Shown piece after piece: positions 16,904 through 26,189 of a DNA stretch of 64,000 bases. Location of the stretch: positions 1 through 64,000 of IMG/VR virus record IMGVR_UViG_3300037419_000894. One strand, 5' to 3'. Every line of letters begins with the position of its first letter. Position 1 is the stretch's first letter. A model generated the notes under the pieces. It ran no database searches. It had not been told where the DNA came from and was given only the letters and a program-made list of their open reading frames with translations. A program made the translations under genes and the position numbers. This DNA is from a virus (taxonomy: Duplodnaviria; Caudoviricetes).

Positions 16904-17155
16904 ATGGGAGCAACTGCTGAAGAGTATCAAGGGTTTCAACGAGCTGTTGCATTAGCTCTTGCAAAAGAACGACAAAAAGTAAAAGAGCAAGCGCCAACAG
17001 AAGTGGTTAGGTACATTGCTCAGTTTATGATCGCTGGCAAACCTAAGAAGGTTGAGAATACCGACTTTGACGTTTTCGAACAGATTATACTTCAGTACAG
17101 TAAGTCATTTCCGAACGTCCCGATTAATTTGTTTTCATATACGGAGTTAAAGTGA
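16904..17155 (+). CDS. Hypothetical protein
   Basis: GGAG RBS. Confidence 0.75.
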   Translation: MGATAEEYQGFQRAVALALAKERQKVKEQAPTEVVRYIAQFMIAGKPKKVENTDFDVFEQIILQYSKSFPNVPINLFSYTELK

Positions 17156-17628
17156 CCAAAACACCCAAACTCACGAAGCGAGCGCAAGAAGACTTGATTA
17201 TCTCTCAAGCGCTTGCAATCATCAACCGGCGTATGCATCGGAAGGATTACATTCTCAATCAGCCCAACGTGCTTGAAGATTACTTGCGGCTCAAGCTTGA
17301 CCACATGGACCGCGAAGTCTTTGGTGCACTGTTTCTAACAACTACGTTTCAGCTTATCGACGACGAAGTGCTATTTCAAGGCACGCTGTCGCATACACAA
17401 ATCGTACCGAGAGAGATTGTGCGCGCAGCGCTCAAGCACAACGCTGCGTTCGTGATCTTTTACCACAACCATCCACACGGGGACGACAACCCGAGCGGCC
17501 AGGACTTGATCATTACCAAGTCTCTAAAGACTAGTCTTGCAACCGTGGATGTAAAGGTAGTCGACCATATCATTGTACCGCGTGGCCGACAGAACGTATT
17601 CTCTTTCTCAACTGCCGGAGTGCTGTGA
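17152..17628 (+). CDS. RadC-like stand-alone JAB/MPN domain protein
   Basis: REVFGALFL, PREIVRAALKHNAAFVIFYHNHPHGDDNPSGQD, VDHII. Confidence 0.9.
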   Translation: MTKTPKLTKRAQEDLIISQALAIINRRMHRKDYILNQPNVLEDYLRLKLDHMDREVFGALFLTTTFQLIDDEVLFQGTLSHTQIVPREIVRAALKHNAAFVIFYHNHPHGDDNPSGQDLIITKSLKTSLATVDVKVVDHIIVPRGRQNVFSFSTAGVL

Positions 17629-17927
17629 TGCCTAACATGGGTCTGTACAGACGCGCACCTGCTCCAAAGAGGGTAGAACGTCTGTGCAAGCAGTGTGGTC
17701 AAAAGTTCTCGCCACGGGCAGTAGATGTCGCGCGTGGCTGGGGTCTGTTTTGCAACAAGGGCTGCAAAGCTGTATACCAGTCGGGTCACGCTCGACCAAG
17801 ACAACAACCCAAGCCAAACAAGCCTGCCGCTGCGCACGAAGTTGAGCATGCAGCAGTGCAGTCAAATTTCGACGAATGGGACCGTATTTGTGCTCAGGAA
17901 GATGCTTTATTAACTCAACGGAGATAA
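17628..17927 (+). CDS. Zinc-finger protein
   Basis: CKQC...FCNKGC. Confidence 0.7.
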   Translation: MPNMGLYRRAPAPKRVERLCKQCGQKFSPRAVDVARGWGLFCNKGCKAVYQSGHARPRQQPKPNKPAAAHEVEHAAVQSNFDEWDRICAQEDALLTQRR

Positions 17928-17928
17928 A

Positions 17929-18501
17929 ATGGATAATGACCATACAACCGCTGCAGAACTAGCCTATTTGCTGCAATGCGCCGTGGAGAACATGCGCAGC
18001 GCTGATCCGGAAAATGCAGAGCGAATTCGCGAAGCACGTTATCGAATCGCGTTTAAGCTCGAACAGGCTGCGAAACAATTGCTCGCTGCCCCGAGCAGCA
18101 CCGAGGTCAGCGCACAGACTGCTCCTGCATGGGATTGGGGTGTCGCTTTTACCGGCTACCAGATCGGACGATCCCAGCCCGCCGCCAGCTCCGAGAGCAT
18201 CGATACGCCGGAACTGCGGGCGTTGATGGAGGGTGACACGCTTTCTGCAGAAGCGCGTATTGCCCACATCGAATCCCTGATCGCTGCGCGGGTAGCACAG
18301 GCCGCGCCGGATGCGGTGCGCAATGCGGCGCTGGAGGAAGCGGCGCAAGCAATCGACAAATACGGCGACGCGAGCCTTGAGAGTGAGCAGCTTGAGGCGG
18401 CCATCACCTGCATGCATATTATCCGCGCCCTCAAGCGCACCCCGGCAGACGACAGCCAGCCCGCTGTGGGCGCAGCAGGTCAGGAAGGCGGTGTGTCATG
18501 A
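17929..18501 (+). CDS. Ala-rich hypothetical protein (GC-rich block)
   Basis: GGAG RBS; 190 aa. Confidence 0.75.
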   Translation: MDNDHTTAAELAYLLQCAVENMRSADPENAERIREARYRIAFKLEQAAKQLLAAPSSTEVSAQTAPAWDWGVAFTGYQIGRSQPAASSESIDTPELRALMEGDTLSAEARIAHIESLIAARVAQAAPDAVRNAALEEAAQAIDKYGDASLESEQLEAAITCMHIIRALKRTPADDSQPAVGAAGQEGGVS

Positions 18502-18797
18502 CGCGACAGGAAAAACTCTTGGCGCTGGCCGACCGCATCGACCACGAAAAGCTGTGGAGGCGGCCCGCCATGGACCGCCACAAAATGACAGACGACCAGC
18601 AAACGCGCCTTGATGCTGGCGTGATGCTGCGCCGCTACGCCGACATCCTGACCCCTGGCCGGTGGCTTTTGATTCCGCCAACCGGGTCCGTGCAGTTCAG
18701 CGCAAGCACCTTGGACAAGGTCGTGGAAATGGCGAAGCGCGATGGAGCGAGAGCATCCGCCCAGCAGGCAGATGACAGCCAGAAAGGCGACGAATGA
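18498..18797 (+). CDS. Hypothetical protein
   Basis: ATGA overlaps at both ends. Confidence 0.75.
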   Translation: MTRQEKLLALADRIDHEKLWRRPAMDRHKMTDDQQTRLDAGVMLRRYADILTPGRWLLIPPTGSVQFSASTLDKVVEMAKRDGARASAQQADDSQKGDE

Positions 18798-19069
18798 AAA
18801 GCAAGCACTTGGAAAAGCGGGAAGTCGAGTTCATCAACGACCCGCTGGAAGATGGCGTTCTGTACGTGTCGCGCCGCTTTCAACTGGCGATCCACCTGTG
18901 CGCGTGCGGCTGCCGAGAAAAGACGGTCACGCCGCTGGATGACGGGACAAGCGGCTGGAGGCTTACCGAGGAACCGAACGGCGTCACGCTCCATCCATCC
19001 ATCGGCAACCAGAATTTCAATTGCCGTTCGCACTACTGGATTACAAACGGCGAAGTCGTGCCGTGCTGA
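18794..19069 (+). CDS. DUF6527-like small Cys/His protein
   Basis: HLCACGC...TLHPSIGN...CRSHYWITNGEV. Confidence 0.75.
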   Translation: MKSKHLEKREVEFINDPLEDGVLYVSRRFQLAIHLCACGCREKTVTPLDDGTSGWRLTEEPNGVTLHPSIGNQNFNCRSHYWITNGEVVPC

Positions 19070-19084
19070 TACCAAAGGACAACC

Positions 19085-20053
19085 ATGACCGACAAGACCA
19101 CCCCCGCAGGCATCGACCTGGACCGCGATACCGTCCGCGCCGTGTTCATGAAGCACGGATTCACCATCAAGGAAGGGCAAACCGATCTCAAACCGTATGT
19201 GTATGCGGCAGCGGCAGAACTGATTGCGATCGCCCGTCAGCCGCGCGTGAGCGAACAGGCGGACGGGCGGGCGCTGCCGGCGTTGCCTGAGCCAATCCAC
19301 ACGTATGAGGCTCACATGGGGTTGCGCGTACCAGCCTTTTCCACCGAGCAGATGCATGCTTATGCCCGCGCCGCCCTCAACCTGCACGCTGCGCCCGAAG
19401 CACCAGCCACCCAGCAGGCAGGATCGGCTGTCGAGGGAACATGGGAACCAATGGGCAAGTTCGCTGAACGGTTAGTACCTGCGGCCACCACGGCAAGCGC
19501 CCTGCCCCTCATCACCGATGCCGACCTGCCAGCGACACTCGAGCCTGGCTTCTACCTTGTGGGCGTCACGGCAAGCGCGAGCGGGGAGCCCTTCATGTGG
19601 TTCGATCCGGAACAGGTCGAGCGGGCAAAGCTGACGGACTACGCTGACCACATCGGCATCTTCGGGTCGAGCGTCAAGTTTGGTAGCTTTACGGCACCAC
19701 TCTACCGCACCCCAGTACCCAGCCGTGAGGCTGCACCGCTGGACAATGGAGAAGTCGCCCGCCTACGCCGTGTGGTGCGTGCCCTCAACATGGAGTCGCA
19801 AGTTCCTGACGATGATGCGACGTTGCGGGGCTGCCTGTTCTCCGTACTCGGGATGATCGCGTACAAGCTGGAGTGCGCAGCCCGCGCCGAGCAGGGCGCA
19901 GGACAGGTAGCACAAGAAATCTCCAACGGTTTGGTCCAATTCTTTGATGAATGGGAACAAATTATCCCGCAAGATGCCCGTGCAGCACTCCAAACGATTG
20001 TGAGTAAGTGTAGGGAATCTCTCACTCCAACACCAACCAAACAGGGAGAATGA
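19085..20053 (+). CDS. Mosaic Ala-rich hypothetical protein
   Basis: AAGGA RBS; 322 aa. Confidence 0.75.
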   Translation: MTDKTTPAGIDLDRDTVRAVFMKHGFTIKEGQTDLKPYVYAAAAELIAIARQPRVSEQADGRALPALPEPIHTYEAHMGLRVPAFSTEQMHAYARAALNLHAAPEAPATQQAGSAVEGTWEPMGKFAERLVPAATTASALPLITDADLPATLEPGFYLVGVTASASGEPFMWFDPEQVERAKLTDYADHIGIFGSSVKFGSFTAPLYRTPVPSREAAPLDNGEVARLRRVVRALNMESQVPDDDATLRGCLFSVLGMIAYKLECAARAEQGAGQVAQEISNGLVQFFDEWEQIIPQDARAALQTIVSKCRESLTPTPTKQGE

Positions 20054-20054
20054 C

Positions 20055-20174
20055 ATGCCAGTCTATACAATGATCGACCAAATGTCTCGTATTGCCATTG
20101 ACATTTACATGGAATGGTGGTTCCAGTTGTGGTCACCGAACTGGCTGGTGCTACCTCCCGTGCAACCAGAGTAG
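20055..20174 (+). CDS. Small protein (39 aa, not in ORF track)
   Basis: GGGAG RBS; MPVYTMIDQMSRIAIDIYMEWWFQLWSPNWLVLPPVQPE. Confidence 0.5.
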   Translation: MPVYTMIDQMSRIAIDIYMEWWFQLWSPNWLVLPPVQPE

Positions 20175-20268
20175 ACCCTGCCTGTTGCAAATAGTTTAGT
20201 ACGAACGTTGTGATAAGCGCTGGGGGTGTGTAATAATACCCCCTCGCAACACTTTGAGCTTAAATAAG

Positions 20269-20520
20269 ATGCAAACCAGTAATAACACATCCATCCTGGA
20301 TGCTCAAAAAGAGTTTGACGACAAATACATAACGGCGTCCGAAGTGATGCAGTTGTTGGACATTGATCGGTCCGTCTTATTGTACGCCCGTAACCACAAC
20401 AAACTTCCCGCGCCTATCTCCGCGAACGGCGGGCGTGTGCTGTTGTGGGAACGCAAAGTAATCCAGCCTTATTTGGATAATTGGAAAAAGAGCCTGCAAA
20501 CTCGCCGGGGTGAGCGTTAA
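20269..20520 (+). CDS. AlpA/excisionase-like HTH DNA-binding protein
   Basis: YITASEVMQLLDIDRSVL...KLPAP...LLWER pattern; abuts the primase start. Confidence 0.7.
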   Translation: MQTSNNTSILDAQKEFDDKYITASEVMQLLDIDRSVLLYARNHNKLPAPISANGGRVLLWERKVIQPYLDNWKKSLQTRRGER

Positions 20521-23066
20521 TGCCATTTAACTACGACAACATCCCTGAAGAGCTGCGTTGGATGCGCCAGTGGTACATTGCTGGTCCTGACGAGCACGGC
20601 AACTTTAAGTCACCACACGCCAAGGGGCGTAAGGGACTCTTCCATGTTAGCCCAAAGGATGAGCAACATGGTCAGGATTTCGAAACCATTGTCGAGTTTG
20701 TGTCTGCAAATTCACCGTGTGGTCTCGGGTTCATCCTTCGTCGTGGGGACGGCTACACGGTTATCGATCTCGATGTTAAAAATGAGGTCAATTATCCAAA
20801 CAAAGTTGACCATCTTGGTAGGCCTGTAAAATGGACTACCGAGGATGAGCTTTCTAGGTTCCACAAAATCATTGAAGCTTTTGATAGCTATACTGAGCGC
20901 AGTGCGAGCGGTCAAGGTTTCCACATTTGGGTGGAGGGAACCATCCCAAGCCGCGACGGCATGGGTATTAAGCGCGACGGTGTGGAGGTCTATTGCCAAG
21001 AGCGCTTTATTGTGTGCACGGGTGACGTGTTCCTGGACCGCCCAATCCGCAGACAGCAAGATTTGCTTGATATGCTGGTGACCGAGATTGAAGCTGGGCA
21101 GAAACAGTCGCAACGTTTCGATCTGGTTGAAGAAACGGAAGTAAAGACAGACGACGAAATCTTCGCTGAAGCCTGCTCGGCTGAAAACTCGGAAAAGTTT
21201 GTAAGTCTGTGTGAGGGTAACATTGACGGGTATCCGTCACAGTCTGAAGCAGACCTTGCATTAATGTCAATGTTTGCGTTCTACTCAAAATCGAACGCAC
21301 AGTGCCGGCGCATGTTCAGGCTAACCAGACTTGGCCAGAGATCCAAAGCGAACCGCAATGATGTGCACTTGGATCGAATCCTGCGCATTATTCGGTCTAG
21401 GCAATCGCTGGAGGAGCAAGCACAGGAATATGCTGAACGGATGACTGCTGCACTGGTGGCAAACCTGCGGCCCGGTGCACCCGTAGCACCCCCGCCGGTA
21501 CGCCCGGCAGCACAGCAAAGCACACCGCACAGCGCTCCCGCACCTGTACCGCCTGTGGTAGCACCCGCACCTGTACAAACTGCACCAGTAGCACCGCAAC
21601 CGATTCCGTACACGCAACCGCTTGAAGTCTCGCACATCCCATTCCCGGATGAAGTTGAACCGGAGGGTGACACATTCGAGTACGAGGAGACTAATAGGCC
21701 TGCTGGTATCGATTGGCCGCCAGGCATGGCTGGAGCGCTAGCGCGTTACATCTACAATAGCTCGCTGCGACCCGTGCGCGAAGTGTCGATTGTGGCCACA
21801 CTGGGCCTGCTTGCCGGAGTGTGTGGTAAAGCATTCCAAATCCCGCAGTCGGGCTTGAACCTGTACATCACATTGGTCGCACGGTCAGCAGTTGGTAAAG
21901 AGGCGATGCACAGTGGTATTGCTAACGTCATGAACTTTGTGCGCGATGCAGTGCCCAATGCTATGTCGTTTGTTGACTTTGCGGAGTATGCGTCCGGTCC
22001 TGCACTAACGAAAGTCACAGCAGCTAACCCATCGTTCGTGAACGTGTCTGGTGAGTGGGGTCGCCGTCTAAAACGTCTTGCAATGGAGGATGGCAGGGAC
22101 GGTCCGATGCAAAGCCTCCGGACGGTAATGACCAACCTGTATCAAAAGTCCGCATCGACGTCCATTGTTGGCGGTATTGGCTACTCCGACCAAGAAAAGA
22201 GTGTGGCTAGTGTTTCTGGTGTAGCGTACAGTATGATTGGTGAGACAACACCAAACACTTTCTATGAGTCGCTGACAGATAATATGATGGAAGATGGCTT
22301 TTTGAGCCGTTTCACCATTATTGAATACACTGGTGAGCGTCCACCTGAGAATGAGAATCCGGTTATGAAAGCGGACCCCATCCTCATCGAAGCTGTCTGT
22401 GCCCTGATGGCACAAGCTGTCACACTTAACGAGCGCTTTACAGTGCAACAGGTTCTGAGGAGCCAAGCTGCCCACGACATGTTGCGAGCATTTAATCTGG
22501 AGTGCGACGCAGAGATTCATGAAAGTGGCGATGATGAGAGTCGTCGTCAGATGTGGAACCGTGCGAGCTTAAAGGCTAGCCGAATTGCTGCTCTACTTGC
22601 TGTTGCAGATAACCATGTCAACCCGGTCATTCAGCAGAACCACGCAGAATGGGCTCTTGATGTGATTCGCCGTGACATTGCACTTATGCGCAGGCGCATT
22701 AACTCCGGTGACGTTGGTGTCGGTGATGCAACTCGTGAAAAGAAAGCCTTGTCGCTCATCCATCGCTATTTGGTGTCATCCTTGCCGCCGAGCTACGGTA
22801 TTCCGGAGCGCATACGTCAGGACGGCATCGTGCCTCGCAAGTATTTGCAATTGACCACACAACGCATTGCGTCCTTCACGACGCACAGGAATGGTCAGAA
22901 CTTAGCGCTCGACGCGACGCTTAAATCGTTGGTTGATAGTGGCTATCTAGTTGAAGTGCAAAAAGAGAAGATGCTGACACAGTACAACTTCTCCGGTCGA
23001 GCGTTCCGTGTAGTCTCCCTTCCGCCTAATATAGGCGAGAAGAAAAGTAGTGCAAAGCGTCAATAG
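20520..23066 (+). CDS. Primase-polymerase (AEP, NrS-1-like N-terminus and helix bundle) with DUF3987-type C-terminal domain
   Basis: VIDLD, SASGQGFHIW, EVY-x3-RF, SQSEADLAL; Pro-rich linker; E-x-G...P-x3-FLSRF. Confidence 0.8.
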   Translation: MPFNYDNIPEELRWMRQWYIAGPDEHGNFKSPHAKGRKGLFHVSPKDEQHGQDFETIVEFVSANSPCGLGFILRRGDGYTVIDLDVKNEVNYPNKVDHLGRPVKWTTEDELSRFHKIIEAFDSYTERSASGQGFHIWVEGTIPSRDGMGIKRDGVEVYCQERFIVCTGDVFLDRPIRRQQDLLDMLVTEIEAGQKQSQRFDLVEETEVKTDDEIFAEACSAENSEKFVSLCEGNIDGYPSQSEADLALMSMFAFYSKSNAQCRRMFRLTRLGQRSKANRNDVHLDRILRIIRSRQSLEEQAQEYAERMTAALVANLRPGAPVAPPPVRPAAQQSTPHSAPAPVPPVVAPAPVQTAPVAPQPIPYTQPLEVSHIPFPDEVEPEGDTFEYEETNRPAGIDWPPGMAGALARYIYNSSLRPVREVSIVATLGLLAGVCGKAFQIPQSGLNLYITLVARSAVGKEAMHSGIANVMNFVRDAVPNAMSFVDFAEYASGPALTKVTAANPSFVNVSGEWGRRLKRLAMEDGRDGPMQSLRTVMTNLYQKSASTSIVGGIGYSDQEKSVASVSGVAYSMIGETTPNTFYESLTDNMMEDGFLSRFTIIEYTGERPPENENPVMKADPILIEAVCALMAQAVTLNERFTVQQVLRSQAAHDMLRAFNLECDAEIHESGDDESRRQMWNRASLKASRIAALLAVADNHVNPVIQQNHAEWALDVIRRDIALMRRRINSGDVGVGDATREKKALSLIHRYLVSSLPPSYGIPERIRQDGIVPRKYLQLTTQRIASFTTHRNGQNLALDATLKSLVDSGYLVEVQKEKMLTQYNFSGRAFRVVSLPPNIGEKKSSAKRQ

Positions 23067-23143
23067 TCCAAAGCTAGCGCCGCGCCCCTACATGCGTTAT
23101 AATGGGGTGCAGTACGTTAATAACCACACAACAAGGAGTCACA

Positions 23144-23698
23144 GTGTTGAAGAAAACCACATTTGAGCTCGTGTCTGCAATGAACGAAACTTTCGGCAAC
23201 CCAAAGGGCGATCCGAGCAATATCAACTGGGCACGAGTGCGCAACCAGTTCAAGAATGTCGGCCATGAGTTCGTGGAGCTGATGCAGGCGTTGGGACTTG
23301 ATCCGGCTTGTGTAGAGAACATTCTCGGAGCCATTGACCGCAACACCAACCCTGAGCAGTTCACCCAGCCTATCAACCTGTATAAGGTGCGTGACGCGTC
23401 CCGGGATGTGGTCGTGTTTGCAGATGGTGGACACCACTTGATGGGTATCAACGGCGACCGCGACATGCAGTCGGTAATCGACGGCGTGATGACCCGCTTC
23501 GTGAAAGACGATGCTGACATGAAAGCGACGCTGGAAAAGCATCACGCAAAGGGTATCAAGCACACTTACATCGAGGGGTCGTACCCAACTCTGATCCTGA
23601 AATCAGCAGCTGACCAGCCTGACGCTCCCTACGGTAAGTTCCTGAAATCTGCCAGCTACCGGGAACCGGTGTTCTATGACCCGACTGCGGAGGCCTGA
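23144..23698 (+). CDS. MazG/PRA-PH-like nucleotide pyrophosphohydrolase
   Basis: AAGGAG RBS with GTG start; MNETFG, EFVEL, RDASRDVVVF, GKFLKS pattern. Confidence 0.7.
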   Translation: MLKKTTFELVSAMNETFGNPKGDPSNINWARVRNQFKNVGHEFVELMQALGLDPACVENILGAIDRNTNPEQFTQPINLYKVRDASRDVVVFADGGHHLMGINGDRDMQSVIDGVMTRFVKDDADMKATLEKHHAKGIKHTYIEGSYPTLILKSAADQPDAPYGKFLKSASYREPVFYDPTAEA

Positions 23699-23699
23699 C

Positions 23700-23852
23700 A
23701 TGGACCGTGCTGTTGAATTTTCAACTAATCATCCGGAGCCCTACAACGGCGCTCCGGTGCAGGAGTTAGACCCAACTGATCCGCGTGATCACGATGCGCC
23801 CGGTTGCGTAGGCAACCTGAACCACTGGACCGACGAAGTACGTCCGCGCTAA
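23700..23852 (+). CDS. Small protein (50 aa, not in ORF track)
   Basis: GGAGG RBS; MDRAVEFSTNHPEP...DEVRPR. Confidence 0.6.
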   Translation: MDRAVEFSTNHPEPYNGAPVQELDPTDPRDHDAPGCVGNLNHWTDEVRPR

Positions 23853-23859
23853 TGCGCGT

Positions 23860-23998
23860 GCACCCGAAAGGGTGCCAACATTTGAGCCAATTGTAATGAG
23901 GTCACTTCGTTAAGACTGACGAAGCTCTCAGCGCCTAGAGCCAGTGGGTGTTGACCGAATAGATTGGCAATTAGTTTCCGCAGTTGGCTCAAATGTTG
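23860..23998 (+). ncRNA. Structured intergenic element A
   Basis: GAAA-capped hairpin 23860-23875, then perfect 15-bp stem 23876-23890/23984-23998 enclosing branched helices. Confidence 0.65.
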
Positions 23999-24035
23999 TT
24001 CCGTAGTAGTGTCCCACCACAACAGGAGTGAAATT

Positions 24036-24485
24036 ATGTCAGACGACAAAGAAGTGCCTAAGACCGCCCTGCCGGTCGTTGAAGTTGTCACGCAGGAAGA
24101 AATGAATGAGTGGTACGAGCTCACTCAGAAGATGGCGGAAATGAAGACCCGCGAATTGGTCCTCCGCAACAAAATCTTCAACAGCTACTTCCCCGATCCG
24201 GTGGAGGGCACCAACAACATCCCGCTCGAAGATGGCTTCGTGCTCAAGGCCCAGTACAAGCTGAACCGCACCGTCGACGAAGCTGTGCTCTCCGAGAAGG
24301 CTCAGGAGTTCAAGGATGCCAAGATCCCCGTGAAAGATCTGGTGGTGCTCAAACCCGAACTGTCAACCCGCGTCTACCGCGAACTGACCGAAGAACAGCG
24401 CGCCCTGTTCGACAAGGCGCTGGTTATCAGACCCGGCACCCCGCAACTGGAAATCACCAAAGCCAAGCGCGCGCTGCGCAAGTAA
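24036..24485 (+). CDS. Replication-module protein of unknown function
   Basis: CAGGAG RBS; 149 aa. Confidence 0.8.
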   Translation: MSDDKEVPKTALPVVEVVTQEEMNEWYELTQKMAEMKTRELVLRNKIFNSYFPDPVEGTNNIPLEDGFVLKAQYKLNRTVDEAVLSEKAQEFKDAKIPVKDLVVLKPELSTRVYRELTEEQRALFDKALVIRPGTPQLEITKAKRALRK

Positions 24486-24492
24486 CCACACA

Positions 24493-24530
24493 GCCGGCGG
24501 CCTGCGGGCCGTCGGTTTTTTTCTTTTTTT
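24493..24530 (+). terminator. Rho-independent terminator
   Basis: CCGGCGGCC/GGCCGTCGG stem followed by a long T-run. Confidence 0.85.
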
Positions 24531-24540
24531 AAAGGCTATC

Positions 24541-24876
24541 ATGACTGAGAATGTGAAAGGTGAGTTCACTGGTGGTAACGTGAACTACTACCTTGTCGAC
24601 ATTAAAAAACCGAAGCGGCTGCTCCCTTACACAGCGGAAGCTGAAGATATCATTGAAGCTCTTGGCATGAACTTCGCCGAGGGTTGCGCGTTCAAGGCCA
24701 TTTGGCGTAGCTGCGCTGCAAGGCAACTGGGCCTCTTCAAGGAGGGCATGGACGTTCACGGTGTGTATGACGCTGAAAAGACCGTGTACTACGGCAATCG
24801 CATGTTGGCACAGCGCACCCAAGAGCGCGACCAACAGCTCAGCTTGCCTAGCATTCCGCCGGTTCCAACCAAATAA
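24541..24876 (+). CDS. DUF3310-like protein
   Basis: VNYY...EDIIEALGMNFAEGCAFKAIWR...DAEK. Confidence 0.7.
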   Translation: MTENVKGEFTGGNVNYYLVDIKKPKRLLPYTAEAEDIIEALGMNFAEGCAFKAIWRSCAARQLGLFKEGMDVHGVYDAEKTVYYGNRMLAQRTQERDQQLSLPSIPPVPTK

Positions 24877-24881
24877 CGGGA

Positions 24882-25829
24882 GTGGTCATGGTAAAGAATT
24901 GCATGCTAGCAGATGATTTAGAAGAAGATAAGCTGAGGTTCCCGCTGGGAATGCAGATGAAGATTGACGGAGTCCGAGGCTGGTATCCGAAAGACAAGCT
25001 GCTCGCACGCAGCAACAAGGAATTCGGCAACCGCTACACACAGCGCTTTTTCAGCGACCCGATCTACCAGTACCTCGACGGTGAGTTTGCAGCTGAGCGG
25101 GAAACGCACCCTGCACTGGCCAGGCTTACCAGCAGTGCAACGCGCACGTTCGAAGGTGAACCGTACCTACTCTGGCATGTGTTCGATTATCTACATCCAG
25201 ACGTCATCGGGCTGCCTTACGAGCAACGATATGCTGCGCTCGCAGAACACGTCAAGCAATTGTGGCAACGTGGCGAAGAACACATTCGACTCGTTCCAAT
25301 GGTTGTGGTCAATAGCCTCGAAGAATACCTTGCGCAAAAGAAGGTCTGGCTTGACATGGGTTACGAGGGTGTCATTGTGCGCTGCTTGAAAGGTTTGTAC
25401 AAGCACGGACGCAGCACGGTCAAGCAGATGTGGCTCTTGCGCGGAAAGGACTTCATCGACTTCGAGTTTGTGGCCACACGCATCACCGAGGGCCGCACAA
25501 ACCTGAACGAAGCCACGACCAACGAGCGCGGGCTAACCGAGCGCAGCACGCATCAGGAGAACATGGTGCCTAACGGAATGGTGGGCAACCTTATCGGCAA
25601 CGTGTGCAAGGACGTGAAAGACCCGCAGACCAAGCAGGTTTTGCTCACCGCTGGTCAGGAAGTCACTGTCAGCCCGGGCGAAATGGACCACACAATGCGC
25701 AAGCATTATTTCGAGAACCAGCATCTGATTCTCGGGCAAATCAATAAAGCTAAGTTCTTTCCCAAGGGACATAAGGACAAGCCGCGTTTCCCGATCTGGC
25801 AGTCTTTGCGCGCAGCGGAGGACATGTGA
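24882..25829 (+). CDS. ATP-dependent DNA ligase
   Basis: KIDGVRG (KxDG), LDGEF, VFD, GYEGVIVR, PRFP. Confidence 0.93.
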   Translation: MVMVKNCMLADDLEEDKLRFPLGMQMKIDGVRGWYPKDKLLARSNKEFGNRYTQRFFSDPIYQYLDGEFAAERETHPALARLTSSATRTFEGEPYLLWHVFDYLHPDVIGLPYEQRYAALAEHVKQLWQRGEEHIRLVPMVVVNSLEEYLAQKKVWLDMGYEGVIVRCLKGLYKHGRSTVKQMWLLRGKDFIDFEFVATRITEGRTNLNEATTNERGLTERSTHQENMVPNGMVGNLIGNVCKDVKDPQTKQVLLTAGQEVTVSPGEMDHTMRKHYFENQHLILGQINKAKFFPKGHKDKPRFPIWQSLRAAEDM

Positions 25830-26059
25830 AATTTATTGACCCGAACGACTACAGTAGACAAGTATCAATCTGTCTAGAAATTGATCAAGTTATTAGACAG
25901 GAAGTTGGTGGCATGCCATGGGTCTATGGTAGCGAGATAAACTCTTTAAAAGCGCAAGTTGAGACGTTGACTAACATCTTGGTCATCATGGCGAATCATA
26001 TGCCCGAGCGCTGCAAGCAGACGATTGCACAGAGCCTCGGTTACACACCTGCAGACTAA
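25826..26059 (+). CDS. Hypothetical protein
   Basis: GGAGG RBS; GTGA overlap. Confidence 0.7.
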   Translation: MKFIDPNDYSRQVSICLEIDQVIRQEVGGMPWVYGSEINSLKAQVETLTNILVIMANHMPERCKQTIAQSLGYTPAD

Positions 26060-26080
26060 AACATCCAACGCGAATATCAC

Positions 26081-26109
26081 TTGCGTTAGCGCAAAAAGTC
26101 GCGCACAAT
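26081..26109 (+). promoter_or_regulatory. Sigma70-like promoter overlapping palindrome TTGCG-TTAG-CGCAA
   Basis: TTGCGT-N17-CACAAT; the same 15-mer recurs at 31131. Confidence 0.5.
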
Positions 26110-26189
26110 ACCTGTTACCCGCACTGCGGAGTTTATAACCGGACGCCCTGACCACACAGCAGGGCCGTTCACTAACTATTGGAGTCACA

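Noticed and set aside
20269-20520. Excisionase-like gene as evidence of lysogeny
   Set aside because: No integrase or repressor is seen, and it abuts the primase, so a replication or regulatory role is more likely. The unseen part of the genome remains a caveat.
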